Made by a program: the position numbers and the translations under genes. A stretch of 64,000 bases of DNA from Candidatus Peribacteria bacterium (lineage in GTDB: Bacteria > Patescibacteriota > Gracilibacteria > Peribacterales > Peribacteraceae). Position 1 is the stretch's first letter, and every line of letters begins with the position of its first letter. The notes beneath the pieces are model-generated. The model worked only from the letters and a program-made list of their open reading frames with translations, had not been told where the DNA came from and made no database searches. The stretch is taken from assembly GCA_023245765.1 (NCBI GenBank), contig JAHFJP010000005.1:997-64996 (forward strand). Reading direction: 5' to 3'. This document shows positions 1 to 6,729 of this stretch, piece after piece.

Positions 1-68
1 AAACCGTCGACTCGTACGGCACCAGTCGCTTCGCTCCGGTGCGTGGCAAGCCACTCGGCCACCTCTCC
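1..68 (-). ncRNA. tRNA-like RNA gene, 5' part only (runs off window edge); type-II (Ser/Leu-like) 5' end but no canonical D/anticodon arm visible
   Basis: Reverse complement of 1-68 begins GGAGAGGTGGCCGAGTGGC. This shares GGAGAGGTG and the GAGTGG D-loop with the tRNA-Ser at 22860. It ends GACGGTTT (T-arm-like) at the edge. TATACT (76-81, minus) lies 7 nt upstream. I could not fold a canonical cloverleaf by eye. Confidence 0.3.
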
Positions 69-107
69 GCGAATGAGTATACCGAAGGGTTGTTCTGTTT
101 ACCTCCA

Positions 108-1160
108 TCACGGAGCCGCCGGCGCTCCTCCCTGCAGCATCTGCCGTGCCTGGTCGGCCATGTTCTTCGCGATGGTCTGCACTTGCGTGGAAAGATCCTG
201 CAAACTGGGACTCAATGCCTTGGCTTTCTCGGCGAGTCCCCATGCGTCTTTGGTGAGCGTGATCACGTCCTGCAGTTTGCCGTCCGTTCCGGCCTTGTAG
301 GCCCGGACGAGTGCACGGAACGCTTCGGCGATCTTCACTGCCGCCTGCACGATCGGTGTGGTCGGCTTGCTCGTCAGTGCTCCACGGGCGGAGAGAAGCG
401 CGCGCGCGGAGGCCATATCGGCCTGTCCAAAATCCTTCGCCTCCAATGCCTGGAGGGTATGGACGAGATAGTCCTCTTCCGTCGAAAGGCCCGCCTGCGT
501 GCGCTTGTCTGCCTGGTACATGGCGAGGTAATAGACTTCCAGAGCCAGCTCCCCGCGCGTGAGTTCAAGATCAGGGCGAAGCTTACCGTCCGGTTCCACA
601 TGGATGATCACAGTCGAGACAGCGTAGCGCATGTACGGATAGAACCACTCGTCGGTGTTCGCAACATCCAGAGCCAGCGGTAGCTTGATCTCACTATAGG
701 CATTCGTATCGATGCTTTGGGATTTGAACAGGAGTTTGAGGAATTCCGCCCGGCGAACCGTGCGACTACCGTTGAACGTCGTTGCCTTTGGAGGACCATC
801 GATCAATCCCAGTTTGTTGAGCGCTGCTTCCACGTACGGCCTATACCACGCGTCCGCAGGAACATCTGTGTACGAGGTCTTGCTGAATGCAGCGATCTCC
901 TCTGCTGAAAGCTTGGATGCGACGAGAATCTTCACGGCCTCCGCGCGCGTTACTGCCTGCTTCGGCTTAAAGGTTCCATCGGGGTATCCCTGCATGATCC
1001 CTTTGGCTTTGAGAAATTCGACGGCGGGAAATTCTGGATTTTTGTCGGAGACATCGGAGAACGAGCCTGCCGCAGCCACAGGCATTGGAAAGAACGTAGC
1101 AATCACCACAGCCGTCGTGATGAGAGAAACGATGCGCGGAGATTGCCGAAGAGAAAACAT
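108..1160 (-). CDS. SLH-domain cell-surface protein (signal peptide, three N-terminal SLH repeats, Ala-rich helical C-terminus)
   Basis: 350-aa ORF. Signal peptide MFSLRQSPRIVSLITTAVVIATFFPMPVAAAG. SLH-like repeats FSDVSDKNPEFPAVEFLKAKGIMQGYPDGTFKP, YTDVPADAWYRPYVEAALNKLGLIDG and LDVANTDEWFYPYMRYAV. Confidence 0.75.
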   Translation of the reverse strand: MFSLRQSPRIVSLITTAVVIATFFPMPVAAAGSFSDVSDKNPEFPAVEFLKAKGIMQGYPDGTFKPKQAVTRAEAVKILVASKLSAEEIAAFSKTSYTDVPADAWYRPYVEAALNKLGLIDGPPKATTFNGSRTVRRAEFLKLLFKSQSIDTNAYSEIKLPLALDVANTDEWFYPYMRYAVSTVIIHVEPDGKLRPDLELTRGELALEVYYLAMYQADKRTQAGLSTEEDYLVHTLQALEAKDFGQADMASARALLSARGALTSKPTTPIVQAAVKIAEAFRALVRAYKAGTDGKLQDVITLTKDAWGLAEKAKALSPSLQDLSTQVQTIAKNMADQARQMLQGGAPAAP

Positions 1161-1900
1161 GGCGAAACGGATGCGACGATCGTAGCAAGAATTGTCGTAC
1201 GTTCAAATACGATACTGCGGCTCTTCCTTCTTGTTCGGGGCCGAACACATCCGATTACCCGGATCTCTGTGGACTTTTTAGGAAAAAGACATTCATTTGC
1301 TGTTCAGTGGAAGTTCAGGCAGATCATCAACAACACTGATAAAAAAAGGTGTTCGTGTCACACCCTTTCGTTGTCTCGAGAAAATGTACAAAGAATCTTC
1401 GGTCTATTTCGTTGAGATTGCATTGCCGGACGTGTGCTCCGTGAGCCCTTGCTTCTGCTGAAAGTTCAGACAGAGGTAATGCATTCGTTAGAGTGTGGAT
1501 TGTGACTGTTTGATGGAAATTTTGGAGTGCACCATCGGAAACAACATTCGTGAATACGTGCAGATGTTGCATTGGCTACCTCTGGCTGTTGCAGATGATC
1601 CAATTGAAAGATTCTTTCTGAAGAACAAAGTTCATACTGATTTGATACATCACATTTCTGTTGCGTGTTGAGCGGAATAATAGTCATCTAGCGAGCACGT
1701 TCACCTGTGTGCGGTTCTCAAGTTTATGGATCATTTTCTGCAATAAAGCAATGACAAGATCTCTATTCATGAAATGAAAGTTCAGAGTCAGATGATACAG
1801 TCTTTATACGTATATTAATCAATTCAAAAGCCATAAAATGGTCTATAGACACAAACTGTTCATATGGTTCAGATACATTATAGACATTTTAGTCATGAAA

Positions 1901-1909
1901 TGCTAAAAT
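1901..1909 (+). promoter_or_regulatory. extended -10 box TGCTAAAAT upstream of the HTH gene
   Basis: TGnTAAAAT lies in a roughly 28% GC stretch, 24 nt before ATG 1934. The same TGCTAnAnT form recurs at 5196, 6702 and 34377. Confidence 0.4.
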
Positions 1910-1933
1910 AGAGCAAAGACAAAAAAAATACAC

Positions 1934-2539
1934 ATGCCACTCCGGTGTCTCCATGCGCGACGGCAAGACATAACAAATCTCCTGCAACATGCGGAGTCGA
2001 TCGGTCTCAGTCGTGATGCTCGACGCAGACTCGCGTGGTTTTCGTACGCGCTGAGTCACGACGGCAACATCAGTCTCACGTGCCGATACTTCGGCATTTC
2101 CCGTTCCACGTTTCTGCGGTGGGCCAGGCGTTTTGATCCACGACGTCCGGAGACGCTCGAGGAACACTCACGCCGGCCACATCGCATGCGTGCACCGGAG
2201 ACGTCACAGGAGATTGTCGCACTGATTCGTGGCTACCGCACCGCGTTCCCCACCATGGGCAAGAACGCCATCGTACAGAAACTCCTCACCGAGCATTCCC
2301 TCACTGTGTCGGCCTCCACGGTTGGCCGCGTGATTGAGCGCCACGGCTTCTTTTTCGGTGACCGCCCATCACATCAACACAAGCGCTCCGGCACCGATTA
2401 CGCGCCGGACAGGACTTTGGCATCGCCGACTGCGACTGCGTCTTCTGCTTCCACACCAGCCCTTCGACAGGGCTCAGGGGAGACAGGAGAGGCAGGCGCC
2501 CTCCCTGCCGCAGATCAATTACCGCTCTTCGGATCGTGA
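1934..2539 (+). CDS. HTH protein resembling the N-terminal DNA-binding region of IS481/IS3-type transposases, without a DDE catalytic domain
   Basis: 201-aa ORF. GISRSTFLRWARRFDPRRPETLEEHSRRPHRMRAP ... VSASTVGRVIERHG matches the HTH plus RSRRPH region of IS481-like transposases. No rve/DDE region follows. Its stop overlaps the next start (GTGA at 2536-2539). Confidence 0.6.
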   Translation: MPLRCLHARRQDITNLLQHAESIGLSRDARRRLAWFSYALSHDGNISLTCRYFGISRSTFLRWARRFDPRRPETLEEHSRRPHRMRAPETSQEIVALIRGYRTAFPTMGKNAIVQKLLTEHSLTVSASTVGRVIERHGFFFGDRPSHQHKRSGTDYAPDRTLASPTATASSASTPALRQGSGETGEAGALPAADQLPLFGS

Positions 2540-3525
2540 GATTCTTCCGCACCCCCATCGGCTCTAGCCTCATCGCGATTGCGATCGTTGCTCTGTGCCC
2601 ATTCTTCATTCTTGAGAACGCACAGGCTCTGGAGAGCGCGTCGTTCCAGTTGCAGACGCAGAGTCCCGATTGGCGGCCTCCCATCACGGGCACGAATTTC
2701 CAGATCACCTTCACCGCGCCCGACGACCAAGTTGCGTCTTCCGCGCCCGGCGGCATTGCCAAGTTCTACAGACCGCCAGCTCCTCCTCCGCCCCCGCCTC
2801 CCGCTCCTGCCCCCTCGGCTCCCGCAGCTGCGCCCGCACCGGTCGCTCCGGCGGCACCTGTCGCTGCTCCTGTCGTTACGCCCACACCCGTCACGGCGCC
2901 AGTCGTCAAAGCAGCAACGCCCGTCACGTCGCCTGCCCCTGTTGTGAACACGAAAGCTCCCGTGATGATCAACGGCATTCCGCAACGCTACGCGGCTCCC
3001 GCACCCGCTGCGGTTCCCGCTCCCGCTCCCGTTCCGGTGAAGGCGGCTCCTGTGGTTCCCGCGCCGACGAAGTCCACGGTCACCGCTCCGGCGGCGCCGA
3101 CACCTGCAACGATACCCATCAACCAGATCACGAAACCAACTCTGTCCGCGCCACCCATAACTGCCCCTGGTTCTGTACGCAGGGCGACACCTGCCGCGCC
3201 TCTTCAAGTTCCGCAGGAGCCTGCCGGCAAAACATCGCCAAATGCCCTTCCGCCTGCCAAGACGTCATCCACACCTCTGGCGCAACGGATCAGTGCACGG
3301 CTGGATCAACGCCTGCGCGAACGAAGCATCGCCTTCGGCGCATCACTCCTTATGGATGGAAACGGGGATATGGATCCCGTCCGGTCGGGATTGCTCGCCC
3401 TCTGCCTCTTCCTTGTTGTGCTCCTCGCGCATACGCGCAGGCGTCTGCGTCTGATGTATCCCTCCCTCCGAACTCAACGCCGCGTCGGTCGCGGACCGTT
3501 TACCTCCCGTCGCATACGACCATGA
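2536..3525 (+). CDS. secreted Pro/Ala-rich protein with C-terminal transmembrane anchor (putative envelope-spanning stalk)
   Basis: GTG start. Signal peptide MRFFRTPIGSSLIAIAIVALCPFFILENAQA. N-terminal SASFQL / GTNFQI motifs. About 230 aa of PAPxP/APV low complexity. C-terminal hydrophobic helix GLLALCLFLVVLLA followed by HTRRRLR. Its stop overlaps the next start (ATGA at 3522-3525). Confidence 0.6.
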   Translation: MRFFRTPIGSSLIAIAIVALCPFFILENAQALESASFQLQTQSPDWRPPITGTNFQITFTAPDDQVASSAPGGIAKFYRPPAPPPPPPPAPAPSAPAAAPAPVAPAAPVAAPVVTPTPVTAPVVKAATPVTSPAPVVNTKAPVMINGIPQRYAAPAPAAVPAPAPVPVKAAPVVPAPTKSTVTAPAAPTPATIPINQITKPTLSAPPITAPGSVRRATPAAPLQVPQEPAGKTSPNALPPAKTSSTPLAQRISARLDQRLRERSIAFGASLLMDGNGDMDPVRSGLLALCLFLVVLLAHTRRRLRLMYPSLRTQRRVGRGPFTSRRIRP

Positions 3526-5099
3526 ACATTCGCCGTGTTATCGTCGGCCTCGTGTTCCCGCTCCTCATTGGCGGGGGACTCTTCATGCTCGCGTCCGAAT
3601 CCGCGGTTGCCGCAGCCACCGTGCCGCAGCGCATCCCGTACGCCGGATATCTGCTGACGGGGGGAGGGTCGCCTCTGAGCGGTCCGTATCGTCTTCGCTT
3701 CAGCTACTGGAATACCGCCGATGCCCTCTCGAGCGACAGGACCGCGAGTGGCGCTATTAATACCGATGCCGCGGGCTATCTCGGCTGGCAAGAAACCGAT
3801 GTCGTCACTCTGGGGAACAAGGGATCGTTCACGGTGTTCCTCGGAAGCGGCACGACGTTGCCCGACTTCTCGACGTTCCGTGCGGCGGATCTCCGCTCGC
3901 TCCATCTGCAGGTCGAGGTGAGGACCATCTACTCGACCGACGCCGATTATGAACTTCTCGACCCGAATCCCGGCGATCCGACGATCGACCGCTCGGCTGC
4001 TCTTCCCGCGTTCTCCGCAATCAATGCCGACCTTGTTGATGGTCACGATATCGGAACGGGTAGCGGATCGATTCCCATGCTCGGCAGCGGGGGAGTGCTG
4101 AGCAAAGCGCGCATCCCTAGCGGTACGAATGCCAATACGTTCACGATCGATGCCGGCAACAGCGCAGGAAGCACGATCAATCTGAAATTTGGCGAATCCC
4201 TGAACAAGGTCCTGTCGTACGACAAAGTGAACTCGTGGTTCAATTTCAACGCCTCTGTCCGTATCCAGGGTAATCTGATCCTGAATGGACTCGTGAATGG
4301 CGTCGATGTGACGAATCTCGTGCCTTCCACCTATACGCCGCTGCGTGTCGCGTCGGGAGCAGGTCTGCACGTTGACGTATCTCCCGGCAACTATCGCGTC
4401 AACGGCAATGTGGTCAATTTCAGCGGCGCCGGTCTCGATGTCCCCAACGATACCAACAGCTACGTTTTCTTCTCATCGACCGGTGCACTCCTCAATCGCA
4501 GCGCGTTCCCGACGAATCAGAGCTTTATCCCGCTTGCGACTGTGACGACGATCAGCGGCAACATCACCACTGTTACCGACAAGCGTGTCCTGCAGAGCGA
4601 TGATAGAGAACATTCCATCCTCGATGTTCTGCACCCCGGATACCCGTCTTCCGCCTATGATGCTGATGGCAGCAGTAATGTGGGCCAGCTCTCGGTGGAC
4701 CACGACGGCACCTCCAAGAATAACTTCTACCAGTGGACGACCTCCAAAGCAGCCCTGAATGACTACGATATCGTTGTTCGCTACACGCTGCCGCAGAAGT
4801 TCATCCGCTGGCAGACGACTCCCTTTAAGCTCTACTATCGGACATCGTCTGCCGATGCAGCCGTCAGCAAGGCAGATATCGAAGTCTACGATACCGCAGG
4901 AAATGCCGTGACACTCGTCGGTACCAGCACAAACCTGACCTCGACGTCGTGGACGAGTACGAGCCTGACCTTCGGTGGTTCGCCGGCGTGGACAGCCGGG
5001 CAGACCTTCATCATCAAAATCCGGTCCTCGGCCAAAAATGCTGCAACGGTGCACATTGGCGATCTGGAACTGTCGACCGTCGAATTGCAGAAGCAATAG
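3522..5099 (+). CDS. secreted tail-fibre-like surface protein, paralogue 1
   Basis: The in-frame ATG at 3522 within the 809-aa ORF gives 525 aa starting MNIRRVIVGLVFPLLIGGGLFMLASESAVAAA (signal/anchor). Motifs: IPYAGYLLTGGGSPLSGPYRLRFSYW, INADLVDGHDIG (tail-fibre-like) and the TIDAGNSAGSTINLKFG...IQGNL module shared with 5226 and 6730. The C-terminal domain FYQWTTSKAALNDYDIVVRYTLPQKF is homologous to the C-terminus of the 5226 ORF. Confidence 0.7.
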   Translation: MNIRRVIVGLVFPLLIGGGLFMLASESAVAAATVPQRIPYAGYLLTGGGSPLSGPYRLRFSYWNTADALSSDRTASGAINTDAAGYLGWQETDVVTLGNKGSFTVFLGSGTTLPDFSTFRAADLRSLHLQVEVRTIYSTDADYELLDPNPGDPTIDRSAALPAFSAINADLVDGHDIGTGSGSIPMLGSGGVLSKARIPSGTNANTFTIDAGNSAGSTINLKFGESLNKVLSYDKVNSWFNFNASVRIQGNLILNGLVNGVDVTNLVPSTYTPLRVASGAGLHVDVSPGNYRVNGNVVNFSGAGLDVPNDTNSYVFFSSTGALLNRSAFPTNQSFIPLATVTTISGNITTVTDKRVLQSDDREHSILDVLHPGYPSSAYDADGSSNVGQLSVDHDGTSKNNFYQWTTSKAALNDYDIVVRYTLPQKFIRWQTTPFKLYYRTSSADAAVSKADIEVYDTAGNAVTLVGTSTNLTSTSWTSTSLTFGGSPAWTAGQTFIIKIRSSAKNAATVHIGDLELSTVELQKQ

Positions 5100-5195
5100 C
5101 GGAAAATACAACACGAGGTGGGGGAGCCAATATAACTATATGATAATATTATTGGTATAAGTCAATATAAGACGTGAGCACGGAAACGGAAAATT

Positions 5196-5204
5196 TGCTA
5201 TACT
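5196..5204 (+). promoter_or_regulatory. extended -10 box TGCTATACT for fibre paralogue 2
   Basis: TTGCTATACT lies 21 nt before ATG 5226. It is homologous to TTGCTATAAT at 6701-6710. Confidence 0.45.
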
Positions 5205-5225
5205 GGTCGGAACCCCAAAATACAT

Positions 5226-6566
5226 ATGACACACACCATTCACCGTCGGTTCAGTTCAGCGGCTCGAATGATGCTTGCAGTGGTCACGAGTGTCACATTC
5301 ATGTTCCTTATTATGGGAGAGACGGCGCACGCCGCGTCGTCGTGGAATCCGACACTGCTTGTGAACACGGAATCCTTCCAGACGATCGATGCCGGTGACG
5401 CCACAACGAATATTGAACTTCGTTTTGGAGACGGAGCTGCATCACGTCTATTCTACGATATTACGGGCACGCGGTTCATCTTCACGAAGCCGCTGGTTGT
5501 TCAGGGCAATCTGACCGCGACCGGTTCACTCAGTGTGAAGAAGGCCATTTCCGGTGGTACATTGCGCATCGATGGAGGAGGCGATATCTGGGGAACACTC
5601 GGTGTTTCCGGTGCAACCGTCCTCAAGAGCACCCTGAATGTTACGGGCAATACGACTGTAGGCACGATCACTGCAACCACTCTCAAGACTCGTGGAGCAT
5701 TGTCCGGTACGACGCTGCACACAGACGGCAATGCCGATATCTGGGGGAACCTCTCTGCAACGGGATCACTCAGGACCAAATCCGGAGCGACCATCAATGC
5801 TGATAACGATACTAATGATGCCATCCTTCAATTCGGGAATACGACTGCGCCGCAGACATTGAAGTTCATGAACGCTCGCCAGCGTTTCCTCTTCAGTAAA
5901 GATGTGAGCGTGATCGGAACACTGTCGGGCTCCAGTCTGACGGTCGATAACCGCACCACGACCTTCGGCACGACGGCGTACACATGGCCCAGCGCGCAAG
6001 GTGCCGCAAGTACGTACCTGAAGAATGACGGTGCAGGTGGTCTCTCCTGGAGCACTGTGACTGTCGGCTCCTCCAGCGGCAATATTCTCTCACTCAGTCC
6101 GCAATACTCCAATGCCGTCTACTTCGCCTCCGGTTCCACCACGGTCGGTACGCTGACGTACGCTTCCTCGGGTGCGCTGGATAACTACTACCGTTGGACG
6201 ACAACGCGCAGTACTGCGCAGGATTACTGGATCTCGGTACGTGTGCAGGTTCCCAAGAACTTTACACACTTCGAGACGGCCTCCGGCATCCAGTTGCGAC
6301 TGCGGACCAACACGCTGGTGCCGACGGATAACAACGTGACCGTTCGCTTGATCGATACCGCCAATGCCTCGGTCGCCATCACCAACAACGTCAACCTGAG
6401 CGGCAGCTATGTGGGTGCATGGAGAACGAATTCCATCAGGAACGTGACGGCTGGTACCTACACACCAGGCGGCTACATCACCCTGCTGATGAAACTGGTG
6501 TCGAAAGCGGCCGGATATATCGACGTTGGCTCCGTCAAATTCAACTGGTCCACGACCACTCCATAA
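5226..6566 (+). CDS. secreted tail-fibre-like surface protein, paralogue 2
   Basis: 446-aa ORF with a signal peptide ending ETAHA/AS. SSWNPTLLVNTESFQTIDAGD...QGNLTATGSLSVKK...INADNDTNDAILQFGN is near-identical to the 6730 ORF. The C-terminal YYRWTTTRSTAQDYWISVRVQVPKNF domain resembles the 3522 ORF. A hairpin terminator follows. Confidence 0.8.
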   Translation: MTHTIHRRFSSAARMMLAVVTSVTFMFLIMGETAHAASSWNPTLLVNTESFQTIDAGDATTNIELRFGDGAASRLFYDITGTRFIFTKPLVVQGNLTATGSLSVKKAISGGTLRIDGGGDIWGTLGVSGATVLKSTLNVTGNTTVGTITATTLKTRGALSGTTLHTDGNADIWGNLSATGSLRTKSGATINADNDTNDAILQFGNTTAPQTLKFMNARQRFLFSKDVSVIGTLSGSSLTVDNRTTTFGTTAYTWPSAQGAASTYLKNDGAGGLSWSTVTVGSSSGNILSLSPQYSNAVYFASGSTTVGTLTYASSGALDNYYRWTTTRSTAQDYWISVRVQVPKNFTHFETASGIQLRLRTNTLVPTDNNVTVRLIDTANASVAITNNVNLSGSYVGAWRTNSIRNVTAGTYTPGGYITLLMKLVSKAAGYIDVGSVKFNWSTTTP

Positions 6567-6591
6567 TACTTTATCGCTGACAATTCAAGAA

Positions 6592-6617
6592 TGCGGCTTA
6601 CAGAAGCCGCATTTTTT
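6592..6617 (+). terminator. rho-independent terminator after fibre paralogue 2
   Basis: TGCGGCTT-ACAG-AAGCCGCA hairpin followed by TTTTTT. Confidence 0.7.
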
Positions 6618-6701
6618 ATGTTTGACTTGATTAACATTCATATATGAAGAGTCAATTCCCACATTCCTCAAGAATACCCGGAGGCCCAAATCGAGTTTTT
6701 T

Positions 6702-6710
6702 TGCTATAAT
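6702..6710 (+). promoter_or_regulatory. extended -10 box TGCTATAAT for fibre paralogue 3
   Basis: TGcTATAAT is followed by an AAGAGGAAA SD-like element and ATG 6730. Confidence 0.5.
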
Positions 6711-6729
6711 AAGAGGAAATACTCACATC

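Noticed and set aside
1327-1687. Two overlapping minus-strand small ORFs (81 and 73 aa) in the AT-rich region, considered as genes.
   Set aside because: They have no motifs, lie in different frames and have odd composition. At most they are a decayed gene, so they are reported only as part of the orphan-region finding.
1934-2539. An intact IS481-type insertion sequence.
   Set aside because: Only the N-terminal HTH region is present. There is no DDE/rve domain, and I found no terminal inverted repeats or target duplication.
2515-3207. Long antisense or alternative-frame ORFs. Examples: 2515-3207, 3474-4370, 11153-11914, 20825-21775, 22079-22852, 45283-46199, 54305-55159, 58050-58772, 60053-60676, 61618-62349, 62562-63293.
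   Set aside because: They have Arg/Gly/Ala-rich, low-information translations lying opposite to or overlapping genes with clear conserved motifs. These are typical GC-rich shadow ORFs.
2670-3521. The upstream 284 codons of the 809-aa ORF (2670-5099).
   Set aside because: This part is an Arg/Ser/Cys-rich out-of-frame shadow of the Pro/Ala-rich gene at 2536-3525. A good signal peptide starts at the in-frame ATG 3522, which also forms an ATGA overlap with the upstream stop.
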